From: Proteobacteria bacterium UBA5680
GTDB taxonomy: Bacteria > Pseudomonadota > Gammaproteobacteria > Arenicellales > UBA5680
Length of the DNA: 64,000 bases
NCBI GenBank assembly: GCA_002420425.1
Contig: DIIC01000043.1
Coordinates: 26,989-90,988, forward strand
Reading direction: 5' to 3'
Shown in pieces: positions 21,718 to 31,612 of the stretch (within the stretch, counting starts at the first letter, position 1; each line of letters begins with the position of its first letter). The notes under the pieces are model-generated. The model saw only the letters and a list, made by a program, of their open reading frames with translations. It did not search any database and was not told the origin of the DNA. Position numbers and translations under genes: made by a program.

Positions 21718-22338
21718 TTAACGACCCGCTTTTGCAGCTGCTACGAATTGTCTCATTAGTTCGGAATCTTTTAATCCCTTATCGGACTCAACACCACTAC
21801 TGACATCCACGCCTTGTGGGTGTGCCACAGCGATTGCCTCTCTAACATTTCCCGGGTTCAAGCCCCCGGCAATGATAATCGATTTTTCACATGTTGCCGG
21901 AACCCGATCCCAGGCAAACGGCATGCCGGTCCCTCCTGCCAGACTGGGATCATAGGTGTCCAACAGTATCCCACGACTATCAGTATAGCGTGATACCTCG
22001 TGGTCTATAGAAAAACCCTCCCTCATCCGCAGAGCCTTGATATAAGGCCGTCCCTGTGCCTGGCACTCTTCAGGCCTCTCATCACCATGAAACTGAACCA
22101 GATCCACAGGCAACACCTCTAGAAGTGATTTAAGTTCTTCAGGGTGCTCGTCTACAACAACGGCAATAACAGTCACAAAAGGGGCGGCAGAAAGTGTGAT
22201 TGCCCGTGCCAACTCAGGAGTTACATATCTTGGGCTGGGTGGATAACACATCAGGCCAATAGCATCAGCACCTGCTGAAATAGCCGCATGTGCATCCTCA
22301 ACTGAGGTGATTCCACATATTTTTACTCTAACTGTCAC
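21718..22338 (-). CDS. trpF: phosphoribosylanthranilate isomerase
   Basis: [11 protein letters not shown] start (GTG) and a TIM-barrel PRAI pattern ([12 protein letters not shown]). Confidence 0.9.
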   Translation of the reverse strand: MTVRVKICGITSVEDAHAAISAGADAIGLMCYPPSPRYVTPELARAITLSAAPFVTVIAVVVDEHPEELKSLLEVLPVDLVQFHGDERPEECQAQGRPYIKALRMREGFSIDHEVSRYTDSRGILLDTYDPSLAGGTGMPFAWDRVPATCEKSIIIAGGLNPGNVREAIAVAHPQGVDVSSGVESDKGLKDSELMRQFVAAAKAGR

Positions 22339-22457
22339 ATCCCACCTTATACCGGATTTGAATAAGGAATCACTTAATCAAAAAGAGATCCCTGGGGTAG
22401 AAATAGAGCTCACAGAGTTGAGCCCTGAATGTATTTTTGCCCTTCCCTGGCCTCAGT

Positions 22458-23243
22458 CTACCAGAACCGGCAGATCGGAGCAGGAGGAGGAAGTTTGAAC
22501 TGACTTGGATAATCAACCCTGACAAGGTAGAGCCCATCCGGCATTGCCGTTACCCCTGCAACACTTCTCTCTCTGCTCATCAGAACATCCCTGATCCATC
22601 CAGGGGGGTGTAATCCGGCACCCACACTAGAGAGTGTTCCCACCAGATTGCGCACCATATGATGCAAAAACGCATCAGCAACGACATCAAACCAGACCCA
22701 CTCACCGTGACGATGAATATCAAGCACCCTTAGATGACGACAAGGTGAACTCGCCTGACACCCGGCCGCCCGAAATGAACTAAAATCGTGTTTGCCCACC
22801 AGACAGGCTGCCCCCTGCTGCATGTTTTCACAATCGAGGTAGCGATAATCCCAACCTGCTTTTCGCGCATAGAGGCTGGGTCTGACCGGGCGGTTAAGGA
22901 TGATATAGCGATAAGCACGTTCAATTGCTCCAAATCGAGCATGAAAGTGATCATCAACGCTCTTTACCCAGATGATCGAAACCCCGGGGGGAAGATGGGT
23001 GTTTCCTCCGCGCAACCAGGCGTCTTCGGTACGAACAGCTAGCGAATCAAAATGGATGATTTGGCCAATGCTATGGACCCCGGTATCAGTCCGACCTGCA
23101 GCAACGACTTTAACCGGCTGGTCGGCAACTGAAGTAAGTGCGCTTTCAACGGCATCCTGGACCGTAGGCACGCCCTGCTGGCTTTGCCAGCCACAAAACA
23201 GTGATCCGTCGTACTCAATCGAAGCGGCAAATCTCAAATCCAT
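22458..23243 (-). CDS. truA: tRNA pseudouridine(38-40) synthase
   Basis: Catalytic motif GRTDTGVHS and a conserved N-terminus EYDGSLFCGWQSQ. Confidence 0.95.
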   Translation of the reverse strand: MDLRFAASIEYDGSLFCGWQSQQGVPTVQDAVESALTSVADQPVKVVAAGRTDTGVHSIGQIIHFDSLAVRTEDAWLRGGNTHLPPGVSIIWVKSVDDHFHARFGAIERAYRYIILNRPVRPSLYARKAGWDYRYLDCENMQQGAACLVGKHDFSSFRAAGCQASSPCRHLRVLDIHRHGEWVWFDVVADAFLHHMVRNLVGTLSSVGAGLHPPGWIRDVLMSRERSVAGVTAMPDGLYLVRVDYPSQFKLPPPAPICRFW

Positions 23244-23391
23244 CTCCTTTCATAACTCAACCTTAACCCAACTCATCAACAAATCCGCTATAATTTGGCT
23301 TAACTCTACAAATAACACCATATAGGCTTGAAAAAACTTTCTGGCCACCTGTTTAGACCCAAACAAAACACCTCCCTCAAGGTAACTGCCA

Positions 23392-24624
23392 TTGACTTCC
23401 CAATTAACACCTGCTGATCCTATTGAATCATATCGTTCTGGTCCAAACGAATCCGGGCATTTCGGCATCTATGGCGGCCGTTTCGTCGCGGAGACACTGA
23501 TGCCCCTCGTCCTTGAACTTGAAAACGCATACAACCTTGCCCAACAAGATCCAGACTTCCAAAAAGAGTTTGATTACTACGCTGACCACTACATTGGGAG
23601 ACCCAGTCCTCTCTATCATGCAAAAAGTTTGAGTCAACACCTGGGCGGTGCAAAAATTTATTTCAAGCGTGATGAACTCAACCATACCGGTGCTCACAAA
23701 ATCAACAACACCCTTGGACAAATTCTTCTGGCCAAAAGAATGGGCAAAGGTCGAATCATTGCCGAAACGGGAGCCGGCCAGCATGGGGTTGCTACGGCAA
23801 CCGTCTGCGCCCTGTTTGACCTCCCCTGTGTTGTCTATATGGGTACAAAGGATATTGAACGCCAGGCCCCCAATGTCTTCAGAATGAAGCTGCTCGGAGC
23901 TGAAGTGGTACCAGTAACAAGTGGCTCGGGCACTCTCAAAGATGCCCTCAATGAAGCACTGCGTGACTGGGTGGCGACTGTTGATGATACTTTCTACATT
24001 ATTGGAACAGTAGCGGGCCCTCACCCCTACCCGGCTATGGTGCGTGACTTCCAATCCATTATCGGAAGAGAGACCAAGGAGCAGATATTAAGGGCAGAAG
24101 GTCGCCTCCCTGATCTTCTCATCGCCTGCATTGGTGGTGGCTCGAACGCGATTGGTCTCTTTCATCCATTTCTTGATGACGAGGAGGTTCGAATCATCGG
24201 GGTCGAAGCAGCGGGTCTCGGGGTTGATACCAACAAGCATGCTGCCTCCCTCACCGGAGGTGAACCCGGTGTTTTACATGGAAACCGCACCTATCTTCTT
24301 CAGGATGAAGATGGTCAGATCACTGAAGCTCACTCAATCTCTGCGGGTCTTGACTACCCTGGAATAGGGCCCGAGCATGCCTGGCTAAAAGATGTCGGCA
24401 GGGTTGAATATCAGGCTGTTACCGATGATGAGGCACTGGAAGCCTTTAAGCTTTGTTGCAGCACTGAGGGGATTATTCCGGCACTAGAGCCTTCACATGC
24501 CCTCGCGCAGGTGATCAAGAGTGCCCCTTCGATGGATCCGGAACAGATTATTGTCATGAATATGTGTGGGCGGGGGGATAAGGATATATTCACTGTTGCC
24601 GAAGCTCTCGGGGTCGAGGTATGA
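23392..24624 (+). CDS. trpB: tryptophan synthase beta chain
   Basis: Motifs [20 protein letters not shown] (PLP Lys) and [11 protein letters not shown] start. Confidence 0.95.
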   Translation: MTSQLTPADPIESYRSGPNESGHFGIYGGRFVAETLMPLVLELENAYNLAQQDPDFQKEFDYYADHYIGRPSPLYHAKSLSQHLGGAKIYFKRDELNHTGAHKINNTLGQILLAKRMGKGRIIAETGAGQHGVATATVCALFDLPCVVYMGTKDIERQAPNVFRMKLLGAEVVPVTSGSGTLKDALNEALRDWVATVDDTFYIIGTVAGPHPYPAMVRDFQSIIGRETKEQILRAEGRLPDLLIACIGGGSNAIGLFHPFLDDEEVRIIGVEAAGLGVDTNKHAASLTGGEPGVLHGNRTYLLQDEDGQITEAHSISAGLDYPGIGPEHAWLKDVGRVEYQAVTDDEALEAFKLCCSTEGIIPALEPSHALAQVIKSAPSMDPEQIIVMNMCGRGDKDIFTVAEALGVEV

Positions 24625-25460
24625 GCGGAACAACTGCATCCAGAGTAGAACGGCGTTTTGAAATGCTGCGCAGTCAACAACGTGGGGGGTTGGTCACCTT
24701 CATAACCGCCGGTGATCCAGACCCGGTGACCTCTGCCCAGATATTGGGAGGCCTGGCTGAGTCAGGCGCCGATATTATTGAGATTGGGATGCCCTTTTCA
24801 GATCCGATGGCTGATGGCCCCGCCATTCAGGCGGCCAGCCAGCGCGCACTCGCTAACGGGATGACCCTGACACAAACACTCTCAATGGTTAAGAATTTTC
24901 GAGCGACCGACCAAGATACGCCTATCATATTGATGGGCTATTACAACCCAATCTATCGTTACGGCTCACAACGGTTTATCAATGATGCCAGGCACTCTGG
25001 AGTAGATGGCCTGATTATTGTCGATCTCCCTCCCGAAGAGGATAGTGAACTCTGCCTGCCGGCCTGTGAAGCGGGAATCCACTGGATTCGACTGGTCGCC
25101 CCGACTACCAGTGATCAACGTCTTGAGCGGGTGCTGACCCACTCAAGCGGTTTTATCTACTACGTCTCTATTACCGGAATAACCGGAACTCAGTCAGCAG
25201 CAGGCACCGATGTTGAGGATGCGATCCAGCGACTTCGAAAACACTCAAATCTGCCCATTGCTATTGGGTTTGGCATCACCACTCCTGAGGACGTGGCGAT
25301 GATGGGCAATATCGGTGATGCCGCCGTTGTCGGCTCAGCCCTGGTCAATCGAATTGAAGCGGGGCTGGATGATAACGGTGATGCCACAGCGTCCCTGGTT
25401 GAGAGTGTGCTCTCTTATGTCCGCTCCCTGGAAGCTGCACTCAGGCCACCTAAGGGATAA
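24621..25460 (+). CDS. trpA: tryptophan synthase alpha chain
   Basis: Motif [22 protein letters not shown]. It overlaps trpB by 4 nt. Confidence 0.95.
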   Translation: MSGTTASRVERRFEMLRSQQRGGLVTFITAGDPDPVTSAQILGGLAESGADIIEIGMPFSDPMADGPAIQAASQRALANGMTLTQTLSMVKNFRATDQDTPIILMGYYNPIYRYGSQRFINDARHSGVDGLIIVDLPPEEDSELCLPACEAGIHWIRLVAPTTSDQRLERVLTHSSGFIYYVSITGITGTQSAAGTDVEDAIQRLRKHSNLPIAIGFGITTPEDVAMMGNIGDAAVVGSALVNRIEAGLDDNGDATASLVESVLSYVRSLEAALRPPKG

Positions 25461-25486
25461 ATATGAAAACAGTGGCTAAATAGCCG

Positions 25487-26428
25487 CTACTGCACTCGAT
25501 CAGAGGGTGGGAGTGAGAGAAAAATACCCACCCCAATGATCAAGCAGATACCCAGCCAGGTCCACGGGTCTGGAAAATTCCCAAAACCAATATAAGCCAC
25601 AACAGTGGCCATGATGATCTCACTAAATCCATAAGGTGCGAGCAGTGAAGCCTCGGCAAATTCAAATGATTTGATGATCAGGTAGTGGCCGCCGGCAGCA
25701 ATACCCCCAAGAGCCGCCATCAGTATCCAGTCTGTCGGTGTGGGGGAGACCCAAACCCAGAACATCATGATACTCATCACCACTGCTCCCAACATGGATT
25801 GATAGATCAACATAACCCTGGGAGGTGCCCTTCCGGTAAGCCAACGTGTACTAAGGAAATAGAAGGCATATGCAATCCCTGCTCCAAGTGCCAGCAGAGA
25901 GGCCCAGTGGAATGAACCGATTGTAGGGCGGAAGATAATGATTACTGCAACAAAACCGATCAGGACGGCTATCCACCGCCGTATCCCAACCTGTTCACCC
26001 AGGAGCAGTGCAGAGGCAATTGTTACAATAATCGGGGAGACAAAGAGGAGTGATAGCGCACTGGGAATGGAAATTTCAGTAATCGCAGTAAAGAAGCAGA
26101 GCGTGGCAATGAGTAACAGCCCACCTCTTGCAAGCAGTAACCAGGGTCTGTTCACCACTAGCCCTCTCGGTCCATGAACCCAAAGAACGACAGGGATCAT
26201 AAACAGAAAATGGAAAAAGAAGCGTGCCCAGACCACCTCGAGAACGGGATAGCGCATACTGAGAAATTTAGCAATCCCATCCATAATGGGAACCACCTGC
26301 ATGGCAAGGAACATAAGCATGATCCCTTTGCGCGCTTGCAATTGGTGCAATCCACTCTCCCACTGGTAAGTTATCGATATATCCTGGTCCAAAGGCCAAG
26401 AATGACAGATGAGGAGGCAAGGCGACAA
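25487..26428 (-). CDS. EamA/DMT family transporter
   Basis: Ten hydrophobic helices arranged as two EamA-like halves. The real start is probably internal (TTG 26341 or ATG 26320). Confidence 0.75.
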   Translation of the reverse strand: MSPCLLICHSWPLDQDISITYQWESGLHQLQARKGIMLMFLAMQVVPIMDGIAKFLSMRYPVLEVVWARFFFHFLFMIPVVLWVHGPRGLVVNRPWLLLARGGLLLIATLCFFTAITEISIPSALSLLFVSPIIVTIASALLLGEQVGIRRWIAVLIGFVAVIIIFRPTIGSFHWASLLALGAGIAYAFYFLSTRWLTGRAPPRVMLIYQSMLGAVVMSIMMFWVWVSPTPTDWILMAALGGIAAGGHYLIIKSFEFAEASLLAPYGFSEIIMATVVAYIGFGNFPDPWTWLGICLIIGVGIFLSLPPSDRVQ

Positions 26429-26554
26429 GGTTAATCACCTCATTAGGACCAGGGTTGAGAAGCCTGTGTCGCAGAGATCATAGTGGTGACCGGTTTCAGG
26501 ATAGTGAACCAGAACCCTCAAGACTCATAGTGAGCCATGCCCTCCTGGGGATAA

Positions 26555-26572
26555 GTGAGTGAGTGAGTGAGT
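26555..26572. repeat. tetranucleotide microsatellite (GTGA) x4.5
   Basis: The sequence gtga gtga gtga gtga gt is read directly in the asd/eamA spacer. Confidence 0.85.
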
Positions 26573-26611
26573 TATTTATCTCATCCCAATACGTTCATCT
26601 TGCCCGAGGGG

Positions 26612-27727
26612 TTATCTCCCCAGAAGTATCCCCAGCATCCTGCGCAGCGGCTCAGCCGCACCCCACAAGAGTTGATCGCCCACGGTAAAAGCAGCAACAG
26701 TGTCACCTCCCATTGCAAGCTTGCGTAACCGTCCCACCGGAATTTCCAGCCTCCCATTGACGGCTGCCGGAGTAAGCTCCTTCATCGTCTGATCCCGATC
26801 ATTGGGAATGACTTTGGTCCAGGCTGTACTGCCATCGATGAGTTGTTCGATCTCACTGATTGGCAGATCTCGATTCAGCTTTATTGTGAATGCCTGGCTG
26901 TGGCACCGCATTGAGCCGATTCGAACACACAATCCATCAACAGGAATGGGATTGTCTTCACTACCAAGAATCTTGTTGGCCTCGACCCCCCCTTTCCACT
27001 CCTCACGGCTCTGACCATTGGGAAGTTGGGTATCAATCCAGGGGATCAGGCTGCCCGCAAGAGGAACCCCAAACTGATCTGCTGGATAACGGTCACTGCG
27101 GATAAACTCAGACACCCGGCTGTCGATATCAAGTATTGCTGATGAGGTGCTGTTCAACTCATCTTTGACCTCACTATGAATTGCACCCATCTGATTGAGA
27201 AGTTCACGCATATACTGAGCACCGCCTCCGGAAGCCGCCTGATAGGTCATGGCGGAGACCCACTCAACCAACCCCTCCCGGAAGAGAGCACTCAGGGCCA
27301 TCAACATCAGACTGACGGTACAATTACCACCGATAAAGGCTCTGACCCCCTCTTCAAGCCCCTGATCAATCTGTGACCGGTTGACCGGATCAAGGATGAT
27401 GATGCTGTGATGATCCATTCGCAGGGTTGATGCCGCATCGATCCAGTAGCCCGACCAACCTGACTCCCGCAAGGGCCCATAGACCTTGCTGGTATAACCA
27501 CCCCCCTGGCAGGTGATGATAACGTCCATCTCCCTTAGCGCGTCAATATCAAAAGCATCCACCAGATGACCCTGATTTCCACCAAACAGTGGTGCTGGCT
27601 CTCCCACCTGAGAGGTCGAGAAGAAGGTTGTCTCCCTGATGAGGTCAAAATCACCCTCCTCCTGCATCCTCTGCATGAGTACTGATCCCACCATCCCTCT
27701 CCATCCCACAAAACCGACTCTATTCAA
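26612..27727 (-). CDS. asd: aspartate-semialdehyde dehydrogenase
   Basis: Motifs [12 protein letters not shown] and GGNCTVSLM (active-site Cys). TTG start. Confidence 0.95.
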   Translation of the reverse strand: MNRVGFVGWRGMVGSVLMQRMQEEGDFDLIRETTFFSTSQVGEPAPLFGGNQGHLVDAFDIDALREMDVIITCQGGGYTSKVYGPLRESGWSGYWIDAASTLRMDHHSIIILDPVNRSQIDQGLEEGVRAFIGGNCTVSLMLMALSALFREGLVEWVSAMTYQAASGGGAQYMRELLNQMGAIHSEVKDELNSTSSAILDIDSRVSEFIRSDRYPADQFGVPLAGSLIPWIDTQLPNGQSREEWKGGVEANKILGSEDNPIPVDGLCVRIGSMRCHSQAFTIKLNRDLPISEIEQLIDGSTAWTKVIPNDRDQTMKELTPAAVNGRLEIPVGRLRKLAMGGDTVAAFTVGDQLLWGAAEPLRRMLGILLGR

Positions 27728-27940
27728 AACGCACCCTTTAAACTTGACTCAAACAAAAAATGACCACCAAATCTGAGACAGAACCTCAACGACAACACTA
27801 CCCACCTCTTCTTTTCCAGATAGTTGACGCCCTTCAGGCAAGAAGGCAACTGCTCAATCCATCACCCCGGGAGATAATCCCGGAACAAGGGGTGAATTAT
27901 GAACTGAAGCGAGTAAGTAACCAAGGGTTGCGTTGTACCG

Positions 27941-28216
27941 TCACCCCTCTCCTCGACCAGAAAGAGTAGCCCAGACAACTGCTCCACCCAACAGAGCAAA
28001 GAAGCCGCTTATCACAAAGGTGTCCTCAGGACCAAAATGGGCCCAGGTGTAGCCACTCAATAAGCTCCCAACTGCCCCGCCGACGTCATAACTCAGGCCT
28101 CTCCCTTTAAGATAGAGCGTCCAATAGGGGATCAACACACCGAGTGACCCAAACCAGAGAAAATAGAAGAGAGAGAGCCTGGCTAGTGGATTGCCGGCGA
28201 ATACGGTGATCGTCAA
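27941..28216 (-). pseudogene. collapsed MFS (HcaT/MFS_1_like-type) permease remnant, about 91 codons
   Basis: An N-terminal TM1-like segment, NPLARLSLFYFLWFGSLGVLIPYWTLYLKGRGLS, is joined directly to a C-terminal-helix-like segment, YDVGGAVGSLLSGYTWAHFGPEDTFVISGFFALLGGAVVW. A normal MFS permease has about 380-400 aa. The track ORF 27941..28306 runs into the aroC 3' end. Confidence 0.55.
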
Positions 28217-28250
28217 GAGTAATCTATACCAACCAGCAGCGTGGCTAATG

Positions 28251-29318
28251 TCAGTCGGCGCTTCCGGCCTGGCCCCGTTGACGAAGAGCATGATCAAGCA
28301 GAACAATGGCTGTCATTGCTTCACAGATAGGTACAGCACGAATGCCTACGCAAGGATCATGGCGACCGGTTGTAACCACCTCAACCGGATCACCTGAAGT
28401 GGTAATCGTCTTCCCGGGGATGCGAATACTGGAGGTAGGCTTGAAGGCCACCCCCAGGGTGATCGCCTGGCCACTTGAGATACCGCCGAGGATGCCTCCC
28501 GCATGATTGGAGAGAAACCCATCAGGAGTAATCTCATCCCTGTGTTCTGAACCACGCTGGCGGACACAATCAAACCCTGCACCCACTTCAACCCCTTTTG
28601 CCGCATTGATCCCCACCATGGCATGGGCAAGATCAGCATCCAGCCGGTCGAAGACAGGTTCGCCCCACCCCGGAGAAATACCATCAGCAACCACATTGAC
28701 CCGCGCACCCACTGAATCACCCTCTTTTTGAATCGCCTTGAGATAGTGACCGATCTCTTCAACGACTTGGCTGTCAGGTGAGAAAAATGGGTTTTTATCA
28801 ACCTCTGCCCAACTGTCGAAGCTGATCGTGATCTCACCAATCTGGGCGAGATAGCCCCTTACCGTTACACCAAAGAGAGTGTCCAGCACTTTTTTGGCCA
28901 CCCCTCCAGCGGCTACCCGGATAGCCGTCTCCCTGGCAGAAGAGCGACCCCCTCCCCGGTAATCACGAAACCCATATTTTTTATCGTAGGTGTAATCAGC
29001 ATGCCCTGGCCGATAACGATCAGCGATATTGGTGTAATCAGCAGATCGTTGATCTTCGTTATTGATCAAAAGCCCTATAGGAGTGCCCGTTGTCCTCCCT
29101 TCAAAAACACCTGAGAGAATTTCAACCCTGTCACTCTCTTTTCGTTGGGAGGTAAAACGAGACTGCCCTGGTCGCCGTCGATCCAGGTCCTTTTGAAGGT
29201 CAGAAGCAGTGAGTTCAATTCCTGGCGGGCAGCCATCAACAACACCACCGATAGCCGGCCCGTGACTTTCGCCAAAGGTTGTAAGCCGAAAATGCTGACC
29301 TATTGAATTACCTGCCAT
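28251..29318 (-). CDS. aroC: chorismate synthase
   Basis: Motifs [19 protein letters not shown] and GRHDPCVG. Confidence 0.95.
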   Translation of the reverse strand: MAGNSIGQHFRLTTFGESHGPAIGGVVDGCPPGIELTASDLQKDLDRRRPGQSRFTSQRKESDRVEILSGVFEGRTTGTPIGLLINNEDQRSADYTNIADRYRPGHADYTYDKKYGFRDYRGGGRSSARETAIRVAAGGVAKKVLDTLFGVTVRGYLAQIGEITISFDSWAEVDKNPFFSPDSQVVEEIGHYLKAIQKEGDSVGARVNVVADGISPGWGEPVFDRLDADLAHAMVGINAAKGVEVGAGFDCVRQRGSEHRDEITPDGFLSNHAGGILGGISSGQAITLGVAFKPTSSIRIPGKTITTSGDPVEVVTTGRHDPCVGIRAVPICEAMTAIVLLDHALRQRGQAGSAD

Positions 29319-29471
29319 AGCGTTAGTTTACCTCAGTGAGCGGTTTATCAGTAGACCATGCCAATAAGGGATAAGGCTACTCTACCGAGCCGTCGCGATT
29401 GACTCTTTCAGCACAGGCGATGATCTCATCAAGTTCATCAACGGCATCGGTAGTTGTACCTTCGTACATGG

Positions 29472-30038
29472 TCAGGCTCTTGGGAGGGTAACGCCCTTCT
29501 GACCCTGATACTTTCCACCTCTATCGCGGTAAGAAGTTTCACACTCCTCATCACTCTCGAAGAAGACGACCTGGGCAACGCCTTCATTGGCATAGATGCG
29601 TGCTGGCAAAGGAGTTGTATTTGAAAACTCAAGGGTAACGTAACCCTCCCACTCAGGTTCAAAGGGCGTCACATTAACGATAATGCCGCAACGGGCATAG
29701 GTCGATTTGCCGAGACAGATCGTCAGGATGTTTCTGGGAATTCTGAAATATTCAACCGTACGTGCCAGAGCAAATGAGTTGGGAGGAATAATGCAGAGGT
29801 CTCCCTCAAAATCAACAAAGCTGGAGTCGTCAAACTCCTTGGGATCCACCATCGCTGAGTTAATGTTGGTGAAAATCTTAAATTGACGGGCGCACCGGAT
29901 ATCGTACCCGTAGCTGGATGTTCCATAGGAGATAACCCGCTTGCCATCAATCTCTCTAACCTGACCAGGTTCAAAAGGTTCTATCAGGCCATACTCATCA
30001 GCCATTTTTCTTATCCATCTGTCCGACTTAATGGTCAT
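29472..30038 (-). CDS. dcd: dCTP deaminase
   Basis: A 188-aa protein starting [13 protein letters not shown], with the dUTPase-like fold pattern GYDIRC ... [10 protein letters not shown]. Confidence 0.95.
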   Translation of the reverse strand: MTIKSDRWIRKMADEYGLIEPFEPGQVREIDGKRVISYGTSSYGYDIRCARQFKIFTNINSAMVDPKEFDDSSFVDFEGDLCIIPPNSFALARTVEYFRIPRNILTICLGKSTYARCGIIVNVTPFEPEWEGYVTLEFSNTTPLPARIYANEGVAQVVFFESDEECETSYRDRGGKYQGQKGVTLPRA

Positions 30039-30198
30039 TATCCCTCTGCCGTCATTAGTTAGTGATCATAGGGGAGCATACCCTGAGTCACCTTTTCAAG
30101 GTAGATTTTAACAAAGACCCAGAATTTCCCACACCACCACACTCTCTCTATCTGATATCACCATAGCTTGGGTACGGGATGGCAGTATCTAATGGTTG

Positions 30199-31290
30199 TT
30201 AGTTGTTCTGAATCACAATTGATGGAAATGCTTCAGTGTAATCTTTCGAACGAACCGAGAGCTTTCCGGCAACTCGACGAGCAATTCGCTTGAAGTTGTT
30301 TGTTATAGCGCTTTCAGGGTCTGCCACAATTGTTGGCTTTCCAAGATCCACATCTTCGCGAATTCTCAAATCGAGCGGGACGTCGCCCAGATGTTCAACA
30401 CCATACTCTTCGGCCAATCTCTTTCCGCCCCCCTTCCCAAAAATATGTTCCTCATGGCCACACTCTGAACAGACATGAGTACTCATATTCTCAACCAAGC
30501 CAATCACTGGAATCTCCACTTGTTCAAACATTTTGTATGCTTTTCGAGCATCAAGCAGGGCAATGTCCTGAGGGGTGGTAACAATCAGGGCTCCAGTAAC
30601 AGGAACCTTCTGGGCCAGGGTGAGCTGGACATCGCCAGTACCCGGAGGCAGGTCGATAATCAAATAATCAAGGTCATCCCAGCGAGTATCTCGCATCAAC
30701 TGCTCTAACGCCTGGGTCACCATCGGCCCGCGCCAGATCATTGGGGTCTCTTCATCAATCAGGAATCCAATGGACATGGCCTGAATATGATAGCTATTTA
30801 ATGGCTCCATGGTCTTGCCATCCCTGGACTCGGGTTGTGAGCTGACCCCCAGCATACGAGGTTGGCTTGGACCATAGATATCAGCATCAAGGAGCCCTAC
30901 CGAAGCACCTTCTGCAGAGAGTGACAGTGCCAGATTGACCGCCAGAGTAGACTTGCCCACTCCCCCTTTCCCAGAAGCAATGGCAATCATGTTTCGAACG
31001 CCAGGGATAGGCTTGACCCCTTTTTGTACTGCGTGAGTAACGATATCCCAGCCTATATTCACCACCGCACTATCAACACCTTCCAGAGATTCAACCTTTT
31101 CAACAAGCAGCCTGCTGTACTCATCTGTCCAGCTTTTTGCCGGATAACCCAGGGTAAGATCTATCGTCACCCGTCCTCCTTCAATCTCAATTTTTTTCAC
31201 GCTCTTCGAGCTGACCGGATCCTCATCTGTATTATGATCAATGATCTGTCTTAAGGCGTTCTCAACGATTTCTTTGTTAATCTCTGTCAT
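30199..31290 (-). CDS. apbC: iron-sulfur cluster carrier protein ApbC/Mrp
   Basis: Deviant Walker A ASGKGGVGKST and a CxxC motif (CSECGH). It is divergent from metG, as in E. coli mrp/metG. Confidence 0.9.
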   Translation of the reverse strand: MTEINKEIVENALRQIIDHNTDEDPVSSKSVKKIEIEGGRVTIDLTLGYPAKSWTDEYSRLLVEKVESLEGVDSAVVNIGWDIVTHAVQKGVKPIPGVRNMIAIASGKGGVGKSTLAVNLALSLSAEGASVGLLDADIYGPSQPRMLGVSSQPESRDGKTMEPLNSYHIQAMSIGFLIDEETPMIWRGPMVTQALEQLMRDTRWDDLDYLIIDLPPGTGDVQLTLAQKVPVTGALIVTTPQDIALLDARKAYKMFEQVEIPVIGLVENMSTHVCSECGHEEHIFGKGGGKRLAEEYGVEHLGDVPLDLRIREDVDLGKPTIVADPESAITNNFKRIARRVAGKLSVRSKDYTEAFPSIVIQNN

Positions 31291-31332
31291 GATTTTTTTA
31301 CCTGCTGCGGTTTCCTATGGGTAGAGTTGGGT

Positions 31333-31590
31333 GTTCAATATTGAACAGCATCAGGCCATCCCTGATGCTTACTATTTTCGGGGCGCCATGCTACACATTC
31401 AGCCCCTGAAAGTCATGCCACCATTTAGAGATATAACCCCTTGTCTTAATAGGGTTTCTCTTGAGAAACCCTCGCTGTCAAAGTACGGCCGACCACACTT
31501 TACCACTCCACCTGGATCCGATGTGGCTAAGAGGGGATAAAATCGGTAAAGTGCGTGCGATTTTCCGGTAATACCACCCAACCCGGGTGG
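31333..31590. promoter_or_regulatory. cluster of perfect inverted repeats in the apbC/metG divergent spacer
   Basis: Five elements: the palindrome GTTCAATATTGAAC (31333-31346); AGCATCAGG-ccatc-CCTGATGCT (31347-31369); AGGGTTTCTC-tt-GAGAAACCCT (31451-31472); AAAATCG-n12-CGATTTT (31539-31564); and CCACCC-aaccc-GGGTGG (31574-31590). Confidence 0.3.
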
Positions 31591-31612
31591 AGCCACCAAC
31601 CGACAGTTATAT

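Noticed and set aside
23428-24054. 208-aa ORF on the minus strand inside trpB
   Set aside because: It lies entirely antisense to a strongly supported trpB. It has no recognisable motifs. It is a typical shadow ORF in a mid-GC genome.
27760-27969. 69-aa ORF on the plus strand, divergent from asd
   Set aside because: It has no SD and no motif. It overlaps the end of the MFS remnant and spans a CCGGGA/TCCCGG hairpin. It is probably non-coding spacer.
31331-31599. Two mutually antisense ORFs (69 aa on +, 66 aa on -) in the apbC/metG spacer
   Set aside because: Neither has an SD or recognisable motifs. They are threaded through perfect inverted repeats, which explains the open frames better than coding does. 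The region is treated as regulatory or RNA instead.
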